Positions 19,835-30,107 of a stretch of DNA of 64,000 nt are shown here, in pieces. The translations under genes were made by a program, and so were the position numbers. Each line of letters starts with the position of its first letter. Positions within the stretch are counted from its first letter, which is position 1. A model generated the notes under the pieces. The model worked only from the letters and a program-made list of their open reading frames with translations, made no database searches and was not told the origin of the DNA. This DNA comes from an uncultured candidate division Zixibacteria bacterium (GTDB lineage: Bacteria > Zixibacteria > MSB-5A5 > UBA10806 > 4484-95), in NCBI GenBank assembly GCA_963668625.2, contig CAXXKA010000010.1:1-64000 (forward strand), written 5' to 3'.

Positions 19835-21366
19835 TGGCTGATAAAATCCTGGTACTCGATTTCGGTTCGCAATACTCCCAGCTTATTACCCGTCGGGTGA
19901 GAGAGCATAACGTTTTCTCCGAACTAGTTCATTGCGACACCAAACCGCCATTACAGGCAGATAGAGATTTGAAAGGTATTATCCTCTCGGGCGGCCCGTC
20001 CTCGGTACACGATAAAGGCGCGCCCAAACTTCACCCGGGATGGCTAAAGCTGAACGTGCCGGTACTGGGTATCTGCTATGGGCTGCAAATTACTACCATG
20101 ATGCTGGGCGGTACTGTTCGACGCGCGAAAAACCGCGAGTATGGTCCGGCCAATTTGACCGTTAAAAAGAAATCGAGGCTTCTGAAAGATATCTCGAAGA
20201 AATCTAAAGTCTGGATGAGCCATGGCGACTCGGTCATCGAACTTGCCGAGGGTTTCAAGACCGTGGGTTCGACAGAGACTCTAAATCATGCCGTAATAGA
20301 GAATCCCAAACTCGGGATATACGCCGTGCAATTTCATCCCGAGGTTGCCCATACCGAATTCGGCAAATCGATACTGGCTAATTTCCTGTTCGATATCTGT
20401 GACGCGAAAGCCAACTGGAACGCAGCCTCGTTCGTTAAGCATGAGGTTTCGCGGTTGAAATCCGAACTGGGAAACAACCGGGTGTTGTGCGCCCTCTCGG
20501 GGGGAGTAGATTCCTCGGTAACGGCCATGCTGTTGAATAAAGCGATCGGTAAAAACCTGATTTGCGTGTTTATCAATAACGGTCTGTTGCGTTTGAACGA
20601 GGCGCGGGAGGTGAAAGACTCGTTCAAAAAAATGAGTCTCAACCTCAAATATGTCGACTCATCGGAGATGTTTTTGAAAAGGCTGAAAGGCGTTGCCGAT
20701 CCCGAGCGGAAACGTAAAATTATCGGGCGGACATTTATCGAGGTGTTTACGCAGGAGGCCAAAAAGCTGGGCAAAATAAAATTCCTGGCGCAGGGCACGC
20801 TTTACCCCGACCTGATAGAGTCGATCTCGTTCAAAGGGCCCTCGGCCACTATTAAATCTCATCACAATGTGGGTGGCCTGCCCAAGCGAATGGGCTTGAA
20901 GTTAGTCGAGCCGTTACGAGAGCTATTCAAAGATGAGGTCAGAGCTGTCGGTAATAAACTTGGCCTGCCGAAACATCTGACCATGCGTCACCCGTTTCCC
21001 GGCCCGGGACTGGCGGTGCGTATAATCGGTTCTATAACCAAACCGAGACTGGATGTTCTACGCAAAGCCGATGATATATTCATCACCGAACTGGTGAAGC
21101 AGAAATTATACGATAAAACCTGGCAGGCATTCTGTGTGCTATTGCCGGTGAAAAGTGTGGGTGTCATGGGGGATGAGCGCACTTACGAAAACGTGGTATC
21201 TCTTCGGGCGGTAACCTCCACCGATGCCATGACCGCCGACTGGGCGCGTCTGCCGTACGAGTTTTTGGCGCATGTCTCCAATCGTATCATAAACGAGGTA
21301 AAGGGTATAAACCGGGTAGCCTATGATATCTCCTCCAAGCCGCCGGCTACGATCGAGTGGGAGTAG
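19834..21366 (+). CDS. guaA: GMP synthase (glutamine-hydrolysing)
   Basis: [48 protein letters not shown]. Confidence 0.97.
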   Translation: MADKILVLDFGSQYSQLITRRVREHNVFSELVHCDTKPPLQADRDLKGIILSGGPSSVHDKGAPKLHPGWLKLNVPVLGICYGLQITTMMLGGTVRRAKNREYGPANLTVKKKSRLLKDISKKSKVWMSHGDSVIELAEGFKTVGSTETLNHAVIENPKLGIYAVQFHPEVAHTEFGKSILANFLFDICDAKANWNAASFVKHEVSRLKSELGNNRVLCALSGGVDSSVTAMLLNKAIGKNLICVFINNGLLRLNEAREVKDSFKKMSLNLKYVDSSEMFLKRLKGVADPERKRKIIGRTFIEVFTQEAKKLGKIKFLAQGTLYPDLIESISFKGPSATIKSHHNVGGLPKRMGLKLVEPLRELFKDEVRAVGNKLGLPKHLTMRHPFPGPGLAVRIIGSITKPRLDVLRKADDIFITELVKQKLYDKTWQAFCVLLPVKSVGVMGDERTYENVVSLRAVTSTDAMTADWARLPYEFLAHVSNRIINEVKGINRVAYDISSKPPATIEWE

Positions 21367-21455
21367 ACAGCTACGGTATCGGTAATCGTAGGGACAGATC
21401 ACTGATCCATCCTGAGTCCGCCGGAAATCAATAGCGCTCTAATAGAAGAGACAGG

Positions 21456-21485
21456 ATCGTCAAAACCACAGGGGTTTTGACCAAC
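21456..21485. repeat. REP-like palindrome
   Basis: gtcaaaacc/ggttttgac stem; its reverse complement resembles 239-267. Confidence 0.55.
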
Positions 21486-21683
21486 ACACCTGGCGGAGGT
21501 TCTCGTTCACTGGCTTTCGACTGAAAGCATACCAGTTGGGGCGCCACCGGGGCAAGCGAGGACGTACACCAACCACGAACCTGAATGTATGAATTACCTG
21601 CGCGTTCGAATTATCCCCAAAATAAATCGCATTCATCACGAATATATCTTTGCTTTTCGATTAACAGACGTTAACTTATAACT

Positions 21684-22154
21684 ATGCTTGAATTTAATAT
21701 ACCCGGAATGGGTGACATTCAACTAAAACACCTGGTGTGCGATTTCTCTGGTACGTTATCAATAGATGGCGTGCTGGTAGAGGGCGTGGCCGAACGTTTT
21801 GCGAGGTTGGCAAAGAATCTGGAGATACATGTCATCACCGCCGATACACATGGTACCGCGGAATCGGCTCTGAAAGATATCGATTGTACGATTGAATTTA
21901 TCGAGGTCAGGTATCAGGATATGTACAAGGAAAAGTTTATCGAAAAGTTCCACTCTCATTCGGTAATCGCTATCGGTAACGGTATTAACGATAGGATGAT
22001 GCTTCGTACCTCCCGTATAGGTATCGCCGTGTGTATGGCCGAGGGCATGGCGGTGGAGGCAGCCCGCAACGCCGATATAATAGTATCCTCGATAAATGAC
22101 GCGCTCGATCTGATGTTGAAACCCAATCGAATGATCGCTACTCTAAGGGTGTAG
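21684..22154 (+). CDS. HAD-superfamily hydrolase (soluble P-type ATPase-like)
   Basis: DFSGTL..DG, TADT.G, K, IGNG.ND..ML motifs. Confidence 0.8.
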   Translation: MLEFNIPGMGDIQLKHLVCDFSGTLSIDGVLVEGVAERFARLAKNLEIHVITADTHGTAESALKDIDCTIEFIEVRYQDMYKEKFIEKFHSHSVIAIGNGINDRMMLRTSRIGIAVCMAEGMAVEAARNADIIVSSINDALDLMLKPNRMIATLRV

Positions 22155-22326
22155 CTAATTTTTCCCTTCGATGATTGAATTTATTATCATAATATAACGC
22201 TATCCGTTTCTTTATCCTATCGTGTTACGATTTTAAACCGGCCACTGAATCATGCGAACTCGGATACGGACAATGTTCAGGATCGAGGCGCATAATAGAA
22301 TAATACAAATAAAATAAGGAAGCGAT

Positions 22327-22716
22327 ATGAAGAATGTACGAATATCATCGGGTTCGCCATACGAAAACGTGATTGGCTTTTCACGCGCGGCCAGAATCGG
22401 CAATTGGATATCCGTGTCAGGAACCGCGCCTATCGATGCCTATGGCGCCACCTCGGCAATTGGAGATGCCTACGGGCAAACACTTACCTGCCTGAAAATT
22501 ATCGAAAAGGCTATTGTCGATGCCGGCGGAAAACTTGGTAATACCATCAGGACACGCGTTTACCTGACAGATAAATCACTATGGCAAGAGGTCGGCAGAG
22601 CGCATGGCGAGTATTTCAAGGATATCAAACCGGCTTGCACGTTCGTTGAGGTGAAGGGTTTGTTAAGCGATGACTGGCTGGTCGAGATAGAGGCCGATTG
22701 TTATATCGGGGAATAG
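22327..22716 (+). CDS. RidA/YjgF family protein
   Basis: GFSRA, VSGTAP, RTRVYL, PACT.VEV..L...LVEIEAD. Confidence 0.9.
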   Translation: MKNVRISSGSPYENVIGFSRAARIGNWISVSGTAPIDAYGATSAIGDAYGQTLTCLKIIEKAIVDAGGKLGNTIRTRVYLTDKSLWQEVGRAHGEYFKDIKPACTFVEVKGLLSDDWLVEIEADCYIGE

Positions 22717-22798
22717 CCATCCCAACAATATTTTGACGATATACGACTTTTAAAGACAATACGAATTGGCAAATCGGCTGAATTTTGCAATCAAGCGA

Positions 22799-22828
22799 CC
22801 CCATCTCAGGCGTTGCCTTGAGATGGGG
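22799..22828. terminator. Hairpin between convergent genes (terminator or REP)
   Basis: ccccatctca...tgagatgggg stem. Confidence 0.5.
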
Positions 22829-22839
22829 CGCCCGGCTAT

Positions 22840-23601
22840 TTATTTCAGCTCGAAAACAACATTAATACTGGCGAATACTCGTATCTGACCGACCGCAACT
22901 GATCCTTCCGGTGTTGGAGCATTGTAATCGGTGGATTGATATGCATTTTGAGAGGAAGCCATGCGATGGTTATTCCAGAACCTGTTGTATCCCCAGTATC
23001 CGTAAAAATAATTTCCCTCATCAATCTGGATGGCTTTTCCTATAGTCTGGCCTATTTCGGATGTCAGTTTTTCGGCTTTCTCTTTGGCAGCTTTAATTGC
23101 CATCGCCCTGACTTGCTCTCTATATTTCTTAAGCTCGAGCGTTTTGAATTGAACATCATGAATTACATTACAGCCTGCCTTTACCAGATCCTGCATAAAA
23201 CTATCGAATGCGTTGATATCTTTTAAGGTGATGGTGATGGATTTTCTGACATGGTAACCCACGAGATATTGGCCATTGTTGTCATATTTAGGGGTTATGC
23301 TAATATGGTCAGTAACGACATGCCGTGATTTGATTTTATAATCTTTCGTAAGTTTGAGAACACGATTAGTCGTTATATCTACTACGCTTACTGCTGAGTC
23401 AAGATTCGAGGAATACTCAGCCATTCCTGCATAGATAATTATCTCATCGGGAGCAACCCAAACCTCGGCATCCCCGGAAACGTTGATAATAGGGTTATTG
23501 TTGTCCGGGTAATTACCGTGATAAAAACCGGCATTGGCAACGCCCGGGCACAAAATCAGGGCAAATACGAAAACTACGAAAAAACGTACACGATTTCTCA
23601 T
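22840..23601 (-). CDS. SIMPL (DUF541) periplasmic protein
   Basis: Signal peptide; INVSG.AEV.VAPD, AI.AAKEKA, IGKAIQI.E, VVFELK. Confidence 0.85.
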   Translation of the reverse strand: MRNRVRFFVVFVFALILCPGVANAGFYHGNYPDNNNPIINVSGDAEVWVAPDEIIIYAGMAEYSSNLDSAVSVVDITTNRVLKLTKDYKIKSRHVVTDHISITPKYDNNGQYLVGYHVRKSITITLKDINAFDSFMQDLVKAGCNVIHDVQFKTLELKKYREQVRAMAIKAAKEKAEKLTSEIGQTIGKAIQIDEGNYFYGYWGYNRFWNNHRMASSQNAYQSTDYNAPTPEGSVAVGQIRVFASINVVFELK

Positions 23602-23778
23602 GGAATCCTCCTTGTTTTAATCAACCAAATAACGACTATGGGTGTGTTTTACTATTATTTTGTTATATGCGTCCGGTGACTTTTTGTTCGAGATTTGGCT
23701 ATCCTGATTTATATCGGAAAAATCATAATAACCACAGCAACCCGGAACCTATTTATGATAATGATAATTATTAATGAT

Positions 23779-23961
23779 ATGCAAAACAAACCGGGGTTTC
23801 TTAAAAGGCTGTGGCAGTATTACAAGCCGCCAATGTCGCTAAAAGAGGCCAAGCAGAAGGGCTGGCGCTATTTTATGCTGATAGTGCTGTTTTATTTGGT
23901 GAGAGACACGATTTTATATATCATCCTGCCGCTTTTTGCTTATAAGGCGATTGCTAATTAA
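23779..23961 (+). CDS. Small membrane protein (60 aa), hypothetical
   Basis: Basic N-terminus plus hydrophobic FYLVRDTILYIILP segment; start chosen at ATG 23779. Confidence 0.55.
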   Translation: MQNKPGFLKRLWQYYKPPMSLKEAKQKGWRYFMLIVLFYLVRDTILYIILPLFAYKAIAN

Positions 23962-24023
23962 TAATTACCTTCATCTTTCTCCTTGCCCTCCACAGTAAAA
24001 TCAGTTAATTTCAACCCATTACT

Positions 24024-24704
24024 ATGTATGGATTTATTGTAAATACTGCAACTGTCCTCGTGGGCGGCTTTTTGGGCGTTTTAATCGGCGGTAAACTTCA
24101 GGATAAATACAAAAATATAGTTTTGAACGGTCTGGGCTTGATTACTATCCTGATTGGTATTAAAATGGCTTTGGAAACCGAGGAGGTCATGATAGTGGTT
24201 GGCTCTATAGTCCTGGGCGGACTTCTGGGGCAACTGCTTCATATCGAGGAGAAGCTCGAGCAAGTCGGGGAGTATCTAAAAAAGAAAGCACATGGCGAAA
24301 GCAAAGATTTCGTGCTGGGTTTCGTCACCGCCTCGTTGCTGTTTTGTGTCGGCCCGTTGACCGTCGTGGGCTCGTTCGAGGATGGTTTATACGGCCGGGG
24401 CGAGCTTATCTATATCAAGTCGATAATGGATATGTTCGCGGGCATGGCCTTAGCGGCCGCGCTCGGGCCGGGGGTGATATTCTCGGCGATATTCGTATTC
24501 ATATTCCAGGGTGCGCTGACATTGTTTGCCCGTTACTTTCAGGATTTGTTAAGCGAACCGGTGGTTAGCGAGATATCCGCCACCGGCGGGGTGATGCTTT
24601 TAGGTCTCGCTATAAACCTTCTGGGTTTGAAAAAGATAAAAGTCGGCAATTACCTTCCCGCGCTCGTACTGGCGGCGGTTATAGCCTGGATTGTTAATAA
24701 TTGA
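24024..24704 (+). CDS. DUF554 membrane protein
   Basis: G..VN...V..G, FVTASLLFCVG, KS.MD, QG.LT, GGV.L.G. Confidence 0.85.
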   Translation: MYGFIVNTATVLVGGFLGVLIGGKLQDKYKNIVLNGLGLITILIGIKMALETEEVMIVVGSIVLGGLLGQLLHIEEKLEQVGEYLKKKAHGESKDFVLGFVTASLLFCVGPLTVVGSFEDGLYGRGELIYIKSIMDMFAGMALAAALGPGVIFSAIFVFIFQGALTLFARYFQDLLSEPVVSEISATGGVMLLGLAINLLGLKKIKVGNYLPALVLAAVIAWIVNN

Positions 24705-24719
24705 CACTACAGGGAGAGG

Positions 24720-25802
24720 ATGATGGTTTATCAAAAGCTACTCGATAGACGAACCGAGTCGACCATGCAGAAACTTGGCTCAAAAAGCAAAGTATGCCTT
24801 CTAAACGGCAAAAATATATTCAATACCATATTCGACAAAGATATTATAATGATGGCCTGTAATGTGCGTATCAAGCATGTGGTGCCGGGTATAATGAAAG
24901 CGGCGCAGGAACTCGATGCTGTACTGGGTTTCGAACTGGCTATGAGCGAAGGGCACATAGACGGCGGCTACACCGGCCAGACCCCGCAGATTTATTTCGA
25001 TATGCTTATTGAGTATGCGGAAAAAACCGGCTACACCATGCCGTTTTTCATTCACGGCGATCATATCACGGTGAAAAATAAGTCCGATAAAGCAATCGAG
25101 GCCGGCCGGGCGCTAGTCGAGGCCGAGTTGAAAGCAGGGTACACCTGTTTCGCTATCGATGCCTCATTCAACGAACATGATGATAATGTCGAGATAACCA
25201 CCGGCCTGGCTAAACCCATAATCGAGGCCGGCTGGGGACTCGAGGTCGAGGTCGGCGAGATAAAATCGACCGGGCAAACCGGCGAGATCACCACGATCGA
25301 TGAGGCAACCTCGTTTATCGAGGCGCTTCACGGAAATGGCATAAAACCCGATTTATTGGCTATCAATAACGGCTCGAAACATGGCAACTATCTTGAGGGT
25401 GAGGAGATAAGTATAGACCTTGAGCGCACCGGGCAGATTGCCAATGCGATTGCCGGGAATAAAGTTCGTATTGCCCAGCATGGCATAACGGGCACGCCGT
25501 TGCATATTGTAGGGAAATTCGCTGAATATGGAATAAGAAAAGGCAATGTTGGAACCCAGTGGCAAAATATCGCTCATGAGGGATTACCGAAAGATTTAAT
25601 GGAACAGATGAAACAATGGGCGGTATCTGAGGGTAAAAACATTAAGATGGCAACCAAACCATTCAAGAGGGAGATAGATAGTATACCGGCTAAAGATGCC
25701 GAAAATATCGCCGGCGCGGCGTATAAAGAGGCTTTGCGGCTAATCAAGGCATTCAGGGCGGATGGCTCAGCCGGATTTTTGGATGGAAATATCCAGAACT
25801 AA
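24720..25802 (+). CDS. fba: Class II fructose-bisphosphate aldolase
   Basis: HGDH, IDAS, EVEVGE, NGSKHG, AQHGITG, KGNVGT. Confidence 0.85.
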   Translation: MMVYQKLLDRRTESTMQKLGSKSKVCLLNGKNIFNTIFDKDIIMMACNVRIKHVVPGIMKAAQELDAVLGFELAMSEGHIDGGYTGQTPQIYFDMLIEYAEKTGYTMPFFIHGDHITVKNKSDKAIEAGRALVEAELKAGYTCFAIDASFNEHDDNVEITTGLAKPIIEAGWGLEVEVGEIKSTGQTGEITTIDEATSFIEALHGNGIKPDLLAINNGSKHGNYLEGEEISIDLERTGQIANAIAGNKVRIAQHGITGTPLHIVGKFAEYGIRKGNVGTQWQNIAHEGLPKDLMEQMKQWAVSEGKNIKMATKPFKREIDSIPAKDAENIAGAAYKEALRLIKAFRADGSAGFLDGNIQN

Positions 25803-25808
25803 ACGTAC

Positions 25809-25836
25809 TTGACAATAGTTCTATTTTGTATATTTT
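25809..25836 (+). promoter_or_regulatory. Candidate sigma70 promoter of the porU operon
   Basis: TTGACA-N16-TATTTT upstream of the strong RBS AAGGAGG. Confidence 0.45.
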
Positions 25837-25982
25837 GCAAACTAAAGAAAGGAGTTTTTATCGCATCTGGTTAAAGGGTACTTGGCAACTATGCCGAAAA
25901 GACAATAAAAGAGTTTACTCTTTGACCCGAAATGGGTTGTCTTTAGTTATATAATATAAGGCGCAACCCTAAGGAGGAATAG

Positions 25983-28900
25983 ATGAGATTTATCTCAGGT
26001 GCGATAATAATTCTGTGTAGTATTTTCCTGCCGATTAGTTCATTATTCGCGCAGACAGGTATTGATATATTCGATAGCGATGTCAGGATTATCGAGTCCG
26101 ATCAATCCGGTATCACCTTTACATACATGGCCCCGACCGCCGAGTTGATAACCCCGGAGGGATACTCCGAAGATTTCAAAGTGCCCAGCATTCCGAGGAC
26201 GGCTTTAATTACCGAGGATGGCGCACCTCTTCTGCCGGTTAAGCTGGTTCCGCTGGGAATTCCCTTTAACTCAAATCCGCAATTTAAAGTTATTTCGGAA
26301 TCATATGAGCCTATCGCCCGGGTGGAGGTGCCAAACTATATAAGCGCCGAATCCCGGCAGCAATTTCAGGCGAAGCTCGCAAGCCCTGGAGTAAAATCCA
26401 ACTGGCCATCCCAGACAGTATATATGGAAAGTAAATCGGTAAGCCGTGGTTTGAAAGTCATGAAACTTGCGCTGGCCGCTGCCAAAATCGAGGGTGGTAT
26501 GCTTTACCGGGCAAAATCGATTACGGTTCGCGTTGATTATAATAATGAGGATACGGACAGGCATTACGCGCCCCGTCCGAACGGCAAGATATTCGATAAT
26601 ATGATGTCCCGTTTGATTGCCAATTTCGAGGTCGCTCGGAACTTTCGGATCGAATGGCCGCCTATTCCTTTACGAGCCGCGACAACGGCCTCATCTTTCG
26701 ACTCCTCCGATGTTTGGGTGCGAGTGGAGATTAACGCCGGCTCAATCTACCGTCTGACCAGATTCGAGTTGAACAATATCGGACTTGATTTGACCGATGT
26801 CGATCCTCGAACTATCAGGATGTTTTATGGCGGTGGCGAGGAGTTGCCGATCGATAACGATATCGATAGACCTGAGTTCAAAGAGATTCCGATTCATATC
26901 GAGGGTGAGTCCGATGGTTCGTTCGATGGCGAGGATATCATCCTGTTTTACGGCGAATCCGTTGACAGGCCCGTTTATGATGACGAGATAGAACGATTCA
27001 CTTATATAAAGGATCATTATACCGCCCGGAACGTATACTGGCTGACATATGGTGGAGATTTTGTCTCCTCTCCTAAAAGGTGGGAGGATATTGACGGCAC
27101 TCCTAATGAAACAGCTATCGAGATAAGTTCGTTTACCGATCTGGTTCACGATGAGCAGGATATGGTGTTCTCTATCGAGTCAGGTGGCGATGCCACCGAT
27201 AATTTCAACTGGTACGCCGGTAATCAGAAAAATTTTAGTTACAATACTCAGTTGTTCGAGGCAGTCGGTGGCAGCGAGGCGTCTGTCGTTGTCAAGTCTA
27301 AAGGTTATCCCGATTCGTTGACGATTAACGGTTCTTATGTGGATGCCGATTCCGCGAATAACGGCTATAGCTGGTTCAACACTACAGCTTTCCGGGATGG
27401 CACGGGTTTCAATTCTCTCTCGATCGGTAATGATAATAATTTCTATCTCGACTATGTTGATATATATTATGAAAGGTTGTTGAATGTAATCGATGGTGAG
27501 CTTTATTTCTTTGGCCCCCAGTCTATCGGCATGATTGATTATACGCTGAGGGATGTCCCCGAGGATTATATTCTTCTCAGTGTTGGTACTGCCTCCACGG
27601 TCGGAAGAATAGTTAACGGTGATCTGTCCGGTACGACTCTCGAGTTCCAGCATCACAACAACGGCCGCAGGCAGTATTTCCTGACAACGCCGGCGGATTA
27701 TAGAGGGGCTGTCAGCCTGGAAATTTACGAGGGGGATGATTTACGATCTACCTCGAATGGCGCAGATTACGTTATTATAACCCATGAGGATTATTACGAT
27801 CAAGCGCTGGAGTTGAAAGATCATCGCGAAAACATGGACGAGGGATTTCGAGCCACAGTCGTTAAAGTCGAGGATATATACAACCAGTTCAGTTGGGGAC
27901 TTTTCGATCCAACGGCGATTAGAGATTTTCTCAAATATACCTATGAAAACTGGTCGGGCGCGCCGCCGTCATATGCGGTATTGATCGGTGACGGCCACTA
28001 TGATTATCGCGATAACTGGAATAATCATGTAGAGAATTATATTCCCCCGTTCCATTCGACCAACTCGGAGACGAATAGAAAGCCTTATGGCTCCGATGAG
28101 AATTACATTTATTTCGGAGAATATGGTTATACCGATGGCGACCAGGATACTAATCCGGATATGATTATCGGGAGGATATCGGTAAATAATACCGATCAAA
28201 TGGAAATAGTACTCGATAAGATAATAAATTATGAGCAAAATCCCGAGATGGGTAAGTGGCGCAATACGGTTATAATCGTGGCTGATGATAACCTGGCAGA
28301 GGGGCGCGCAAATGAATATTTCCATACTGTCGATGCCGAGAGGATAGCTACCGAGGATGTGCCTCCGGCGGTCGAGATAAAGAAAATTTATCTGGTCGAT
28401 TACCCTCTTCGCAGCGGCAATATAAAACCGGATGCCCGCGAGTCGCTTATTTCCGCGTTCAATGAAGGCGGTTTGATAGTCGACTGGATCGGTCACGGCA
28501 ATAAAGGACTCTGGGCGCACGAGCAATTATTCAGGCGAATAGAGGATATGCCTCGATTGACTAATGGCTATAAACTACCGATGGTATTCGCCGCCTCCTG
28601 TTCCATTGCTTATTTCGATCATCCGACAGAGCAGGGTTTGTCCGAGGATTTCGTCCGTCACGAGGGCGGTGGCGCGATAGTATCCATTGGAGCGACACGG
28701 AAAGTATTTTCATCTGGCAATTACAAGTTGAATAGCGATATGTACGATAACCTGTTATTCGGCGATTCGATCTCGTTCGGCGAGGCGTTATTCGCCGCGA
28801 AATACTTAAGAGAGGCGCCCCCTGACCGTCCCGATGCCAACAGCCGTAAGTTCTTGTTATTCGGCGACCCGGCCCTGATCTCGGCCAAACCGAATCTGGA

Positions 28901-29975
28901 GGCGCAATTCACCTATAGGCCGGATTCCCTAAAAGGTTTGAATGTCGATTCTATAGCTGGTTATGTAACCAACGATTCGGGAGTAGTCCAAACCGGTTAT
29001 AATGGAACTATCTGGGTGTTGGTCAAGGATGCCTCGATCGATTACCAGAGAGCGCTAACCGACTATAACGGCAATCCCACCGGCACAACGATAAGCTATA
29101 TAATCCCCGGCCCAACGATTTTTTACGGCCCGGCAGAGGTGGTAAACGGCGCTTTCAGTTCGACATTTTTCATACCTAAAGATATAACTTACGGTGGTTC
29201 GGGCGCGAAAATATTCGTGTATTTCGAGGATGGTTTAGTCGATGGTCATGGAGTGATCGATTCACTGCCTATGTCGGGAAGTGCGGTGGCCGCGGATGAT
29301 TCGGTCGGCCCGACGATTGAAGTTAGTTTCAACGGCAGCAATCTTAATCCCGATAGGGAGGCGCTGCCGGATCAGGCGATTCTGGAGGTTAGACTTCGGG
29401 ATGAACACGGTATCAATGTCACCGGTACTATGGGGCACGGTCTGGAAGTTGAAATCGATAATGGTGATACGTATTCGGAAAATATTACGAATAGCTTCAT
29501 TTTCGATATGGGGGAATGGCAACAGGGCGCGGTTACTTTCCAGATTCCGGAGTTGGATGAGGGTGACCATTTGCTTACGATTAAGGCCTGGGACAATTAT
29601 AACAACTCTTCCGAATTCTCCACTTATATCACGGTGTTTGCGGACGATAAGTTTAATATAAGCGAGGTCATGAATTACCCGAATCCGGTGGTTGAAACCG
29701 ATTCGACGGTTTTTCAGTACATGCTTACTAATGATGCGGAGAATGTATCGTTAAAGATATTTACTTTAGCGGGAAGGAAAATCAAGACTTTTGATTTAAG
29801 CGCGCCGGAATATACCACCAGCGGGTATCATTTCATTCCGTATGATTTGCGGGATACCGACGGTGATAATCTGGCCAGTGGTGTTTACATATATATGGTT
29901 GAGGCAGCGGGTATCGGTTTTGACGGGGAACGTCGTAAATCTGATTTCGTGTCAAAACTGGCGATTTTAAGATAA
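25983..29975 (+). CDS. porU: Type IX secretion sortase PorU (C25 gingipain-like) with CTD
   Basis: C25 propeptide; YGGGG..LP, IY..FS.G..D..AIRDFL, WIGHG (His), AASCS (Cys), LFGDPA, DSVGPTI, IKAWD..NN, NYPNP...GVYIY. Confidence 0.85.
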   Translation: MRFISGAIIILCSIFLPISSLFAQTGIDIFDSDVRIIESDQSGITFTYMAPTAELITPEGYSEDFKVPSIPRTALITEDGAPLLPVKLVPLGIPFNSNPQFKVISESYEPIARVEVPNYISAESRQQFQAKLASPGVKSNWPSQTVYMESKSVSRGLKVMKLALAAAKIEGGMLYRAKSITVRVDYNNEDTDRHYAPRPNGKIFDNMMSRLIANFEVARNFRIEWPPIPLRAATTASSFDSSDVWVRVEINAGSIYRLTRFELNNIGLDLTDVDPRTIRMFYGGGEELPIDNDIDRPEFKEIPIHIEGESDGSFDGEDIILFYGESVDRPVYDDEIERFTYIKDHYTARNVYWLTYGGDFVSSPKRWEDIDGTPNETAIEISSFTDLVHDEQDMVFSIESGGDATDNFNWYAGNQKNFSYNTQLFEAVGGSEASVVVKSKGYPDSLTINGSYVDADSANNGYSWFNTTAFRDGTGFNSLSIGNDNNFYLDYVDIYYERLLNVIDGELYFFGPQSIGMIDYTLRDVPEDYILLSVGTASTVGRIVNGDLSGTTLEFQHHNNGRRQYFLTTPADYRGAVSLEIYEGDDLRSTSNGADYVIITHEDYYDQALELKDHRENMDEGFRATVVKVEDIYNQFSWGLFDPTAIRDFLKYTYENWSGAPPSYAVLIGDGHYDYRDNWNNHVENYIPPFHSTNSETNRKPYGSDENYIYFGEYGYTDGDQDTNPDMIIGRISVNNTDQMEIVLDKIINYEQNPEMGKWRNTVIIVADDNLAEGRANEYFHTVDAERIATEDVPPAVEIKKIYLVDYPLRSGNIKPDARESLISAFNEGGLIVDWIGHGNKGLWAHEQLFRRIEDMPRLTNGYKLPMVFAASCSIAYFDHPTEQGLSEDFVRHEGGGAIVSIGATRKVFSSGNYKLNSDMYDNLLFGDSISFGEALFAAKYLREAPPDRPDANSRKFLLFGDPALISAKPNLEAQFTYRPDSLKGLNVDSIAGYVTNDSGVVQTGYNGTIWVLVKDASIDYQRALTDYNGNPTGTTISYIIPGPTIFYGPAEVVNGAFSSTFFIPKDITYGGSGAKIFVYFEDGLVDGHGVIDSLPMSGSAVAADDSVGPTIEVSFNGSNLNPDREALPDQAILEVRLRDEHGINVTGTMGHGLEVEIDNGDTYSENITNSFIFDMGEWQQGAVTFQIPELDEGDHLLTIKAWDNYNNSSEFSTYITVFADDKFNISEVMNYPNPVVETDSTVFQYMLTNDAENVSLKIFTLAGRKIKTFDLSAPEYTTSGYHFIPYDLRDTDGDNLASGVYIYMVEAAGIGFDGERRKSDFVSKLAILR

Positions 29976-30107
29976 AAAAGAAAGGTTGCTTTTGATTGAC
30001 TTATGCGCAATATTGGATGCCCATTTTGGAGAGGGTGGATGATAAGTGAATTTCCGGCAATCAATTAAATAATGAAAAATCGGTTTACAATCATACGGAG
30101 GAAAACT

